Shown here in pieces: positions 44,690 to 53,925 of a DNA stretch of 64,000 nt. The DNA is from Gammaproteobacteria bacterium (GTDB lineage: Bacteria; Pseudomonadota; Gammaproteobacteria; Steroidobacterales; Rariloculaceae): assembly GCA_022825505.1 (NCBI GenBank), contig JAJDWR010000022.1:15046-79045 (forward strand), given 5' to 3'. The translations under genes and the position numbers were made by a program. The notes under the pieces were generated by a model. The model made no database searches and had not been told where the DNA came from. It worked only from the letters and a program-made list of their open reading frames with translations. Numbering within the stretch: position 1 is the first letter of the stretch; every line of letters starts with the position of its first letter.

Positions 44690-45922
44690 ATGCGAACGGT
44701 GACCTGGATGCTCGAAAAAACGGTGAAAACCTGGCCCGGACTGGTTCTGACGGCAACGATTTTCGCCGTCTCCGGCTGCGACGGAGACGGCGCCGCCGAC
44801 GGAGCGGCAACAGCCGGCGCCGACGGGTCGGCGAGCGCCGGGGTTGACGGGCCGGCAGCCGCCGGCAATGAATGGGCGAAGCTGCTGATCATCGGCCAGG
44901 ACCTCGGCGCAATACGCGGCTACATGGCCAGCGGTTGCTGTCCCGCTCCGGACGGGCTCACCGCGTACATCGACTTCTACGACCTGTTCACGCCCGACGA
45001 TTTCGGCGGCCTTGGGCTCGATGCGGCAGGAGAGCCCATCGACCTGGAACTGGACTGGAACGCCGGCCCGGTCAGCGCCTGGAAGACGGCAACGGAGTTC
45101 GGTGTAGACGGACTCGCCATCGGCCTGTCCATTACCGAGAACGATCATCCCGGCAGCCTTGACCGGCTCGCATCCGGCGAACTGGATGACCATATTCGCC
45201 GACTGGGCCATTTCTTCTCGATGATTCCCGGTCCCGTCTACCTCCGCATCGGCTACGAATTCGACGGCGCCTGGAACCTGGGCTATGAAGACTCCGAGCG
45301 GTTCGCGAACGTATTTCGCCGCATCGTCGACGTGCTGCGGGCCCAGGGCGCCGACAACGTGGAATACGTCTGGCAGGGCGCCGCGGCGGTCGCCGACGAG
45401 ATCATCGACCAACGGCACGAGGATATCCGCCAGTGGTATCCCGGCGACGGGTACGTGGACTGGATGGGCCTGTCATGGTTCATGAATCCCGACGAGACCA
45501 TTCGGGTTGAGTCGCCCCCCTACATTCCGCCGACGCCCGCGGAACTGGCGGACGAAGTTCTCGAATTCGCCCGGGAGCGCGGCAAGCCGGTCATGATCGC
45601 CGAGGCGGCGCCGCAGGCCATGGATCTGCTCAACGGCTTCATTGCCGATCACTCGCCCATATGGGATGGCGAACCTGCCGGCAACCGCATCGACATGAGC
45701 GGCGAGGAGATCTGGGATCACTGGTTCGCGCCTCTCTTCGCGCTCATGAACGACAACGATGACGTGATTCGGGCCCTCGCCTACATCAACGCGAACTGGG
45801 ACTCGCAGGCCATGTGGGGGCCGCCCTACGAGTCGGGCTTCTGGGGCGATACGCGGATTGAGGTCAACGACGAAATCGCGGCCCGTTTCACGGCGGCGAT
45901 CGAGTCCTGGCGCGACCGCTAG
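44690..45922 (+). CDS. clan GH-A glycoside hydrolase lipoprotein, GH26-like
   Basis: Lipobox FAVSGC. YLRIGYEFDGAWN (acid/base Glu context), WYPGDGYVDWMG (a GH26-like motif as I recall it), VMIAEAAP (nucleophile Glu context). Confidence 0.55.
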   Translation: MRTVTWMLEKTVKTWPGLVLTATIFAVSGCDGDGAADGAATAGADGSASAGVDGPAAAGNEWAKLLIIGQDLGAIRGYMASGCCPAPDGLTAYIDFYDLFTPDDFGGLGLDAAGEPIDLELDWNAGPVSAWKTATEFGVDGLAIGLSITENDHPGSLDRLASGELDDHIRRLGHFFSMIPGPVYLRIGYEFDGAWNLGYEDSERFANVFRRIVDVLRAQGADNVEYVWQGAAAVADEIIDQRHEDIRQWYPGDGYVDWMGLSWFMNPDETIRVESPPYIPPTPAELADEVLEFARERGKPVMIAEAAPQAMDLLNGFIADHSPIWDGEPAGNRIDMSGEEIWDHWFAPLFALMNDNDDVIRALAYINANWDSQAMWGPPYESGFWGDTRIEVNDEIAARFTAAIESWRDR

Positions 45923-45954
45923 CCGCCCATCGCCGATTACGCGGGACGGCGGCC

Positions 45955-47556
45955 TTGCAGCAAACGGATCGCAAAGCGCTGGCCTATGCTGCCGTTATCG
46001 CGCTGGGCGGGTTCCTGTTCGGCTTCGACGCTGTCGTCATTTCAGGCGTCGTCGGCTTCATCACGCCCGAGTTCGGGCTTGACGACTGGCAGGTCGGGCT
46101 GGTCGTCGGCGCCCCGACCCTCGCCGCCATCCTCGCCGCTCTGACTGTCGGGCCAGCGGCCGACGCGCTGGGCCGCAAGAAGGTGATGCTGGCGCTGGCG
46201 TTTCTCTATGCCATGTCGGCCACCGCTTCCGCCTTCGCGCCGGACGTTGCCACGCTGATCGCAGCGCGTTTCATCGGCGGCCTGGCATTCGGCACCCTGA
46301 TGCTGGCGCCCATCTACATTGCGGAACTCTCGCCCGCACGGCTGCGGGGCCGCATGGTTTCAGTGAACCAGCTCAATATCGTCATCGGATTTTCGGCCGC
46401 CTATTTCGCCAACTACTACCTGCTCCAGGCGAGTCAGTCCGGAGAGCCCTGGGTACAGGCCATCGCGCTGGACCGGTTTACCTGGCGATGGATGCTGGGC
46501 ATCGAGGCGCTGCCCGCCGTCGCATACCTGGCGTGCATGCTATTCGTTCCGGAGAGTCCACGCTGGCTGTTGCTGCGCGGCCGGGAAACGCGGGCTCGCG
46601 CAATCCTGGTGAGGATCACCCCCCGGCACCGGATCGACGCGAAGTTGTCGGAAATCGCGGCAACCGTGTCGGAAGCACCGGAGCGACTTGCGACTCGGGT
46701 CAGACAGGTGTTCAGGCCGGAGTTGCGCCTCATCCTGATCATCGGACTGGTCGTCGGAATCTCCCAGCAGATCAGCGGGATCAACTCGGTCTACTTCTAT
46801 GCGCCGACGATCTTCGAACAGAGCGGCGTGGGCACCAACGCCGCATTCGCCCAGGCCACCTACATCGGCATCATCAATGTGATTTTTACCCTTGTCGCCA
46901 TGGCGACCATCGACCGGTTCGGCCGTCGGCCGCTGATGATCCTGGGGCTCGCGGGCGTCGCCGTCAGCATGTCCATTTCGGCCTACGGATTCCACCAGGC
47001 GCAGTACGAACTGCCCGTTGAGGCCGCGGCGGAGCTTGGCGCTCAACTCAACCTGGATGGGCTGAGCCAGATTGCCGTAATCCGCTTCGAGAACGACCTT
47101 GAATTCAAGGGCGCCGTGGCCGCTGCCATCGGAGATACGGCGCTGACAGCCCATGAAGCGGAACTCATCGGCGCGGCCATCCGCATGAATCCGCGAATCG
47201 TGCTGATCGGCATCCTGGGGTTCGTCGCCTCGTTCGCCATATCCCTGGGCCCGGTGATGTGGGTACTGTTCTCGGAGATCTTTCCGAACGCCATTCGCGG
47301 CGTCTGCATGTCCATCATGGGCGTCGTCAACAGCGGCGTGAGTTTCTTCGTGCAGTTCATCTTTCCGTGGGAACTCTCGAACCTTGGCACGGCCACCACG
47401 TTCCTGCTGTACGCGATTGCAGCAGGGATCTTCCTGGTGCTGGTGGTCTGGCTGCTACCCGAGACCAGGGGACGCACGCTGGAACAACTGGAAAGCGAAC
47501 TGACCGGCTCTCGCCGGCCGGGCGTCTGGCGGGTCCTGGCTTCGGGCAATGGCTGA
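45955..47556 (+). CDS. sugar-porter-family MFS transporter with about 65-aa TM9-TM10 insertion
   Basis: TTG start per the ORF track. LGGFLFGFD, GRKKVML, PESPRWL, PETRGRTLEQLE. Confidence 0.85.
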   Translation: MQQTDRKALAYAAVIALGGFLFGFDAVVISGVVGFITPEFGLDDWQVGLVVGAPTLAAILAALTVGPAADALGRKKVMLALAFLYAMSATASAFAPDVATLIAARFIGGLAFGTLMLAPIYIAELSPARLRGRMVSVNQLNIVIGFSAAYFANYYLLQASQSGEPWVQAIALDRFTWRWMLGIEALPAVAYLACMLFVPESPRWLLLRGRETRARAILVRITPRHRIDAKLSEIAATVSEAPERLATRVRQVFRPELRLILIIGLVVGISQQISGINSVYFYAPTIFEQSGVGTNAAFAQATYIGIINVIFTLVAMATIDRFGRRPLMILGLAGVAVSMSISAYGFHQAQYELPVEAAAELGAQLNLDGLSQIAVIRFENDLEFKGAVAAAIGDTALTAHEAELIGAAIRMNPRIVLIGILGFVASFAISLGPVMWVLFSEIFPNAIRGVCMSIMGVVNSGVSFFVQFIFPWELSNLGTATTFLLYAIAAGIFLVLVVWLLPETRGRTLEQLESELTGSRRPGVWRVLASGNG

Positions 47557-48520
47557 AGTCCGCTGGGGCATCGTGAGCGCCGGCAACATCGCCGGCACGT
47601 TCGCGCGCGACATCGTGTACGCCGACAACGCGCGAGTCGGCGCGGTAGCGGCCCGCAGCGGCGATGCCGCGGTGCGGTTCGCGGCCAAGCACGGCATTTC
47701 CACGACCTACGAGGGTTACGAAGCGCTGTTTGCGGACCCGGATATCGACGCCGTCTACGTCGCCACGCCGCATACGCTGCATCTGGAACATTCTCTGGCG
47801 GCCCTGGAGGCGGGCAAGGCCGTGCTCTGCGAGAAACCCGTCACCACCAGCGCCGCGGACTTCGGGACCCTGCGGGCGGCGGCCGCCGCCGCGGACCGCT
47901 ACCTGATGGAGGGTATGTGGACCTGGTTCCTGCCCGCCATTCTCAAGGCGAAGGAATGGGTCGATGCGGGCCGAATCGGCGAACTTCGGCACCTGAAGGC
48001 GGACTTCGGCTACCCGATTCCCTACGACCCTTCCGAACGCCTGTACAACGCCGAACTGGCCGGCGGGTGCCTTCTTGAAATGGGCATTTACCCGGTAGCG
48101 CTTGCCCGGCTGTTCACGTCGCAGGCGCCGTCGACGATAGAAGTGGTTTCGCGATTCGCACCCAATGGCGTCGAGGACGACGTAGTCATGCTCTTCAACT
48201 ACGACGATTGCGTGGCCACCCTGGCGACATCCTTTCGATGCAAGCTCCAGAACACCGCCTACATCATCGGTACAAAGGGGTACATCGAGATTCCGCACTT
48301 CTGGCGCGCCTCGGAGTGCACCCTGTACGTTCTCCACGATGCAGTCGACGCCTTCGTGGACGATCGCCGGGGGTCGGGCTTCGAATTCCAGATTGCCGCC
48401 GCAAGCGACGACATTCTGCGGGGAAGAAAGGAATCGGCCGTCGTCAACCACGCGGCGAGCCTTGGCTTTCAGGAGGACATGGATCGGATCAGGACGAATT
48501 TCGAGCCCGGACATTGGTAG
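47549..48520 (+). CDS. Gfo/Idh/MocA-family NAD(P)-dependent oxidoreductase
   Basis: VRWGIVSAGNIAGTFARDI, AVYVATPHTLH, GKAVLCEKP. Overlaps the MFS stop by 8 nt. Confidence 0.85.
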   Translation: MAEVRWGIVSAGNIAGTFARDIVYADNARVGAVAARSGDAAVRFAAKHGISTTYEGYEALFADPDIDAVYVATPHTLHLEHSLAALEAGKAVLCEKPVTTSAADFGTLRAAAAAADRYLMEGMWTWFLPAILKAKEWVDAGRIGELRHLKADFGYPIPYDPSERLYNAELAGGCLLEMGIYPVALARLFTSQAPSTIEVVSRFAPNGVEDDVVMLFNYDDCVATLATSFRCKLQNTAYIIGTKGYIEIPHFWRASECTLYVLHDAVDAFVDDRRGSGFEFQIAAASDDILRGRKESAVVNHAASLGFQEDMDRIRTNFEPGHW

Positions 48521-48523
48521 CCG

Positions 48524-49912
48524 TCATTCGACGTAGAAGGGCATGTTTGCGTGGCCGGCTTTGCCCTGGCCATCGTACACATAGGCGAACAGGCGGTAGG
48601 CGCCCGGTTGGGGCGGCGCGGTCACGCGGACGTTGCCGTTGTCCGGATTGCTGATGAGCCCTTCAATGCGTTCCGGTACCTCCTCCAGGTCGCCGCCTTC
48701 CTGGGTCGTTTGGCTCTCACGCATGATCTCCCAGAGGTACGACAGCGGGTCGCCGTCGGGATCGGCAGCACGGATCGTTGCCTCGTATTCCGTGCCGGCG
48801 GCGAGGACCACGCTGTCGTGGGCGCTCCGAGCATCCAGAAACATCCCTTCAACAGCGGGCGACCTGTTGGCGGGCCATTCCCCGTTCCAGATGTAGTGCA
48901 TCACATCGACGGCTTCGGTCTCGGCGCCGTCCTCCAGGAACAGGCCGTACCAGGTCGGTGTGCGTTCCTGTTTCTGTCCCCACAAGAATACGTAGGAACC
49001 CAGGATCTGCCGAGGATTCGATCCGATGGCGATCTCGTAACTTTGCAGGTAGTTGGCCGCCTTCTCACTGCTGTTCTGTTCGATTGGCGCACCCCAGTTC
49101 GTCTGCGCCACTTCCCAGTGGCCGATCGCGCCCCACTCGGTGACAAACAACGGCGCTTCCCAGTTGCTCGCCTCGAGGATGGCGGGCAGATGGACGATAT
49201 CGCCGTACATCTGGATGCTGACGAAGTCCAGGTCCGGAGCGCGCGTCTCGATCAGGCCGGCCAATTCCGGGCTGAACCCGGCCAGGGCAGTAGTCACCGG
49301 ATGCCGGCCGTCCACGTCGTGAATCATCCGGGCGATGTCGTTGATCGCGTCGAATACGCGGGGATTCTCGAAGAACAGGTTGGCCTCGTTGCCGACCATC
49401 CAGGCCAGCAGGGCCGGATGGTCCCTGTACTTCATCACTTCGCCGCGGGCGTATTCGAGCTGCTGCGCCACGGCCTGCTCATCGTCGTAGTCGAAACCGT
49501 GCCGCTCACGGCCGATTTCAATGCACATCACAACCGTCACGCCGTGGCTTGCGGCCTCGTCCAGCACCTCTCGGGCAGTGGAGAAGCGGCTGTCGGTGCG
49601 CCAGGTGCGCAGCGAATTGCCGCCGTGCGCGGCGAAGTTGCCCACATCGGCGAATTCGATGCCCGCGCCCCTGATTGCATACGGCTCCCCGCCGCGCAGG
49701 AGCGTATAGCGGCCGTCCAGCATGACGACCTCCACGGGAATTGCGCCGCCATTCGAACCTTCATCGCCAGCGGCAACCACATCGCCGGAAGTAACCTGAT
49801 CGCCCGCCTCGGTCCCGTTGGCGACCGCGTCTCCATCGCCTGCCGGCGGCGGCTGGCACGACGCAGCGAGTATGAACAGGGGAATGGCGGCGATTATTCT
49901 GATCAACGACAT
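48524..49912 (-). CDS. clan GH-A (TIM-barrel) retaining glycoside hydrolase lipoprotein with C-terminal Ig-like domain; family unresolved
   Basis: Lipobox ILAASC. GGNSLRTW, MVGNEANLF (acid/base NE), LFVTEWGA (nucleophile). C-terminal PDGDPLSYLWE repeat-like domain. Confidence 0.6.
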   Translation of the reverse strand: MSLIRIIAAIPLFILAASCQPPPAGDGDAVANGTEAGDQVTSGDVVAAGDEGSNGGAIPVEVVMLDGRYTLLRGGEPYAIRGAGIEFADVGNFAAHGGNSLRTWRTDSRFSTAREVLDEAASHGVTVVMCIEIGRERHGFDYDDEQAVAQQLEYARGEVMKYRDHPALLAWMVGNEANLFFENPRVFDAINDIARMIHDVDGRHPVTTALAGFSPELAGLIETRAPDLDFVSIQMYGDIVHLPAILEASNWEAPLFVTEWGAIGHWEVAQTNWGAPIEQNSSEKAANYLQSYEIAIGSNPRQILGSYVFLWGQKQERTPTWYGLFLEDGAETEAVDVMHYIWNGEWPANRSPAVEGMFLDARSAHDSVVLAAGTEYEATIRAADPDGDPLSYLWEIMRESQTTQEGGDLEEVPERIEGLISNPDNGNVRVTAPPQPGAYRLFAYVYDGQGKAGHANMPFYVE

Positions 49913-49927
49913 TCCAGCAGCTCCTTC

Positions 49928-51490
49928 CTATACCTTTACCAACTCCGCCTGGAGTTCCTCGAGGCTTCGGCCCTTGGTCTCGGGCACGAGTCGAATGACG
50001 ATGACGAGCCCGATGATGGCGAAAACGGCGTAGATCAGGAACGTCAGCGAGTTGCCGAGATTTTCCAGTTCCCACGGAAACACGAGTTGCACGCCGAAAC
50101 TCACCGCCGAGTTCACCAGGCCGACAAAGGATATGGCCAGCCCGCGAACCCGGTTGGGGAACAGTTCCGAGAACAGCACCCACATGACGGGTCCCAGCGA
50201 AATGGCGAAACTCGCGACGAATCCGAGAATGCCCGCGAGAATCAACGCGGGGTTCATGCCGATTGCCGCGCTGACCAGTTCCGACCGATGCTCGTCGTAC
50301 GCCTCCGGGCCCACGGCGTCCACCACCGCCTGCCGGAATGCCACGTCGCTGTCGTAGGTCTCGTCCTGAAGCGCTACCAGGGCCTCGCGCTCCAGGGTCT
50401 CCGGCAGCGACGCCACGGCCCGGTCGTCGAGCGTGTAGGTCGCCGACCCGAATCCGTACGAGAGTACCAGCATGCACACCGCGATGCCGGTCAGGCCGAA
50501 GGCGAGCAGCGGCCGCCGGCCCAACCGGTCGATGGTCAGGATCGCCAGCACCGTGAAAACCAGGTTGACCAATCCGACGAGGACAGCCTGCAGGAACGAC
50601 GCGTCGGTTCCGATTCCCGACTGCTCGAATATCATCGGCGCGTAGAAGAACACGGAGTTGATGCCGGTGATCTGCTGCAGGATCGCCACGGCGAGCCCGA
50701 TCGTCAGAACCAGTCGCATCGCTGGGCGAAAAAGCTCCCGGAACGCAGCCTTCTCCTCGCTCGCGTCGGCGCTCAGGGATTCGTGCACGGCCTCAAGGCC
50801 CGCGCGGGCCTGATCGGCATTGGTGACCCGCTCCATGATGCCCAGCGCCTCGTCGTCCCTGCCGTGCATGACCAGCCATCTCGGGCTCTCGGGCACGGCG
50901 AACAGCGCCAGGAAATAGACGACTGCGGGGATTGCCTCCACACCAAGCATCCAGCGCCAGTTCCAGTCTCCCAGGTTCAGTGCCTGCGCCCAGCCCAGGT
51001 CCGACGCACCGAGCCTCAGGATCAGGTAGTTGCTGAAGAACGCGGCCGAAATGCCGATGACGATGTTGAGCTGGTTGAAGGAAACCATGCGGCCGCGAAT
51101 CTTCGCCGGCGCAATCTCGGCGATGTACATGGGCGCGATGATCAAGGCCGCGCCCACGCCCAGACCACCGAGCATTCGGGCGGCGACAAGCGAAATGAAG
51201 TCCGGCGCCACGGCCGAGGCCAGGGCGGACACCGCGAACAGCGCGGCGGCGATCCGGAGAACCGGCTTGCGGCCGAGCCGGTCGCTGAGCGGACCCGATA
51301 CCATCATGGCCAGGGTCGCGGTCAACGTCAGAGACGCCACCGACCAGCCAAGTTGAATTCGCGTCAGGTCGAACTCGGGTCCGATGAAGGAAACGACCCC
51401 GGAGATGACCGAAGCGTCGAACCCCATGAGGAAGCCGCCCAGGGCCACGATGAGGGCCACAGTGACGGTATAACGGAGTTGTCCGGTCAT
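49928..51490 (-). CDS. sugar-porter-family MFS transporter (paralogue of 45955..47556) with the same insertion
   Basis: LGGFLMGFD, GRKPVL, PESPRWL, PETKGRSLEELQ. Collinear with the other transporter, including the TM9-TM10 insert. Confidence 0.85.
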   Translation of the reverse strand: MTGQLRYTVTVALIVALGGFLMGFDASVISGVVSFIGPEFDLTRIQLGWSVASLTLTATLAMMVSGPLSDRLGRKPVLRIAAALFAVSALASAVAPDFISLVAARMLGGLGVGAALIIAPMYIAEIAPAKIRGRMVSFNQLNIVIGISAAFFSNYLILRLGASDLGWAQALNLGDWNWRWMLGVEAIPAVVYFLALFAVPESPRWLVMHGRDDEALGIMERVTNADQARAGLEAVHESLSADASEEKAAFRELFRPAMRLVLTIGLAVAILQQITGINSVFFYAPMIFEQSGIGTDASFLQAVLVGLVNLVFTVLAILTIDRLGRRPLLAFGLTGIAVCMLVLSYGFGSATYTLDDRAVASLPETLEREALVALQDETYDSDVAFRQAVVDAVGPEAYDEHRSELVSAAIGMNPALILAGILGFVASFAISLGPVMWVLFSELFPNRVRGLAISFVGLVNSAVSFGVQLVFPWELENLGNSLTFLIYAVFAIIGLVIVIRLVPETKGRSLEELQAELVKV

Positions 51491-51491
51491 T

Positions 51492-51576
51492 GAACGGTGG
51501 CGCCGTTCTTGGGAACGCGATGCCGTTCAGGGAGCATGGCGCGGTTCATGGGAGCGGACCGCCGTTCATGTGAGGG
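51492..51576. repeat. four direct ~20-bp repeats (GCSGTTCWKGKGA) plus a 6-bp inverted repeat abutting the MFS start codon
   Basis: gccgttcttggga at 51502, gccgttcagggag at 51522, gcggttcatggga at 51541, gccgttcatgtga at 51561 (spacing 20/19/20 nt). gaacgg (51492) and ccgttc (51503) are inverted. Confidence 0.7.
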
Positions 51577-51622
51577 CAAAGCAGCTTGCAGGCGGACAAT
51601 CCTTTGTGTAAGTCATCGGCGA

Positions 51623-53923
51623 TCAGTCGTCAACCAGGGTGAATGACGACTGAAGCCCGGCGTCGGAACTACCCCCGATCCAAACGTGGAAATCGCCAGG
51701 CTCAGTCATCAACTCCATGTCCTGGCCGTAGAACGCGAGATCGACTCCGGTCAACTCGAAGGACAACGTGCGGCTTTCTCCCGGCTGCAGCCGTATGCGC
51801 TTGAATCCCTTGAGTTCCTTTACGGGGCGGGTCACGTCGCCTACCAGGTCCCTGATGTAGAGTTGCACGACTTCTTCCGCCGCCACTTCCCCGCTGTTGG
51901 TAACGACCGCCTGGACGGTCAGCGAATCGGCCATCCCCAGCGTGCTCCGGCTCAACTCGATGTCGGAATAGGTGAATTCCGTGTACGAGAGCCCGTAGCC
52001 GAATGCGAACAGGGGCGTATAGCCCGCGTCCAGATGGTGGGACGTCATGCCAAAGGCGGCCTGCGCGCCGCGCACCGGCAGGTCGTCGAGATGCACGTAG
52101 GTCTCGGGTGTCGCCGGCTTGCCTGTGTTCTTCTGGGCATAGTAGATGGGAATCTGTCCCACGACCCTGGGAAACGTGACGGGCAATTTACCCGATGGCG
52201 ACTCAATCCCGAACAGCACGTCGGCGATGGCCGGCCCGCCCATGGTGCCCGGGTGCCAGGCGAATACCAGCGCATCGACCTCCTGCAAAACGTTCTCGAT
52301 GGTCAATGGACGGCCAGCGAGAATGAATGCGATGACGGGCTTTCCGGCCGACCGAAGTTCACGCACCAGTTCGACCTGGGCTCCGGGCAGGTCGATGTTC
52401 GCTCGCGAATGAGCCTCGCCCGAAAGGATGGACTCCTCACCCAGAAACAGGACGACTGCATCGGACGACCGGGCGGCCTCCAGCGCTTCGCTGAATCCCG
52501 CGGTGTCACGGCTGCGGCTGGTTTCCAGAGCGCGTACGTACTTGATCTCGGCCCGGTCGCCCACGAACGTCCGAATCGCCTGCAGCGGCGTCTGGCTGAG
52601 CCCCGGGTCGCCGTCGAAAATCCAGGTCCCCAACTGCTCGTAGGGATCGTCGGAGAGTGGGCCGATGACCGCAATGGAATCCAGCCCACGCACGTCCAGC
52701 GGCAATACGTTGCCCACATTCTGCAGCAGAACGAGACTTTGCAGCGCCGCTTCGCGAGCCACGGCCAGATGGTCGTCGTTGCCGGACTCCGGAAAATCGC
52801 CGGGTTCCGTGTAGGGGTTCTCGAACAGTCCGAGCCGGAGCTTGATGCGAAGGATTTCGCCTACCAGTTGATCGACTCGTTCGATGGCGATCTCCCCGTC
52901 TTCCACAAGCTGCGCCAGGTGATCCGCATACGTGCGGCTCACCATCTCCATGTTCACGCCCGCCGTAACCGCCTTGCGCGCCGCGTCCCTGAAGCCGGCC
53001 GCAAACCCGTGATCCGTGAGCTGGTCAATGGAATCCCAGTCGCTGACCACAAAACCGTCGAAGCCCCACTCGTCGCGCAGTACCTCCTGCATCAGGAACC
53101 GGTTACCGCTGGCAGGGACACCGTTCAGGTCGCTGAACGAGGTCATGAGCGTCGTCACGCCTGCATCGACCGCCGCCTTGAAGGGCGGCAGGTGAACGTT
53201 GCGCAGTTCGTTCTCGGGTATGTTGGTGGTGTTGTAGTCCCGCCCGGCCTCGCTGGCGCCGTAACCGGCGAAGTGTTTCGCACAAGCGGCAATGGTGCCC
53301 GGCGCGGACAGGTCGTCACCCTGGAAGCCCTCGACCATGGCGACGGCGAAGCGGCTGGTCAGGTACGGATCCTCACCGAAACTCTCGGCAATGCGGCCCC
53401 ATCGCGGATCCCGCGAGATATCGATCATCGGCGCCAGGGCCCAGTTGACGCCGGCCCTTGCTGCTTCCAGCGCGGCAATTCGCGTGCCTCGCTCGACAAG
53501 ATCCGGGTTCCAGGTAGCGGCCTGCCCGAGGGGGATGGGCAGCACTGTCCGGAAGCCGTGGATCACGTCCCGGGCCAGCAGCAGCGGGATACCGAGACGG
53601 CTCTCGTCCGTGGCAATTCTCTGCAATTCGTTGGCAACGTCGGCGTCGACCACGTTGAGCAGGGAACCGATACGGCCCGCCGCAACGGCATCGGCCATTT
53701 CGGCGGAGACTTCGCCCGGATAGTGGGTCTGGACCATCTGACCGATCTTTTCATCCAGGGTCATCTGCCCGACGAGTTCGGCGATCCTTGCCTCGATCAC
53801 GTCGTCCGCGGATGTTGATTCTGCGGCTACCGCACTCAGAGATGCGTTCATACAATAGATTCCAACGAATAGGCCCGCGGCCAGTCCGCGCGCAGGTTTA
53901 CTTGCAGGTCGATTTCCGTGCAT
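51623..53923 (-). CDS. bglX: GH3 periplasmic beta-glucosidase (BglX-like)
   Basis: GQMVQ, KHFAGYG, GFVVSDWDSI (nucleophile Asp), C-terminal FnIII-like domain. Signal peptide. An internal ATG at 53851 is an alternative start. Confidence 0.88.
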   Translation of the reverse strand: MHGNRPASKPARGLAAGLFVGIYCMNASLSAVAAESTSADDVIEARIAELVGQMTLDEKIGQMVQTHYPGEVSAEMADAVAAGRIGSLLNVVDADVANELQRIATDESRLGIPLLLARDVIHGFRTVLPIPLGQAATWNPDLVERGTRIAALEAARAGVNWALAPMIDISRDPRWGRIAESFGEDPYLTSRFAVAMVEGFQGDDLSAPGTIAACAKHFAGYGASEAGRDYNTTNIPENELRNVHLPPFKAAVDAGVTTLMTSFSDLNGVPASGNRFLMQEVLRDEWGFDGFVVSDWDSIDQLTDHGFAAGFRDAARKAVTAGVNMEMVSRTYADHLAQLVEDGEIAIERVDQLVGEILRIKLRLGLFENPYTEPGDFPESGNDDHLAVAREAALQSLVLLQNVGNVLPLDVRGLDSIAVIGPLSDDPYEQLGTWIFDGDPGLSQTPLQAIRTFVGDRAEIKYVRALETSRSRDTAGFSEALEAARSSDAVVLFLGEESILSGEAHSRANIDLPGAQVELVRELRSAGKPVIAFILAGRPLTIENVLQEVDALVFAWHPGTMGGPAIADVLFGIESPSGKLPVTFPRVVGQIPIYYAQKNTGKPATPETYVHLDDLPVRGAQAAFGMTSHHLDAGYTPLFAFGYGLSYTEFTYSDIELSRSTLGMADSLTVQAVVTNSGEVAAEEVVQLYIRDLVGDVTRPVKELKGFKRIRLQPGESRTLSFELTGVDLAFYGQDMELMTEPGDFHVWIGGSSDAGLQSSFTLVDD

Positions 53924-53925
53924 CG

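Noticed and set aside
48551-51493. 980-aa plus-strand ORF, the longest in the track.
   Set aside because: It lies antisense to two genes with strong family motifs (a clan GH-A hydrolase and a sugar porter). Its translation is R/G/H/D/Q-rich with no recognisable motif. This is a typical shadow ORF of high-GC DNA.
51686-53818. 710-aa plus-strand ORF, plus similar long antisense ORFs (12686..13984-, 26853..28070-, 29715..31058-, 38340..39533+, 40272..41258-, 43297..44601+, 47357..48514-, 55107..56573+).
   Set aside because: Each overlaps, on the opposite strand, a gene with unambiguous catalytic motifs (GH3, btuD/cobQ, HK, chdC/hemH, HHS-family, GH43, Gfo/Idh/MocA, halogenase-like). Their composition is Arg/Gly/Pro/His-biased without motifs.
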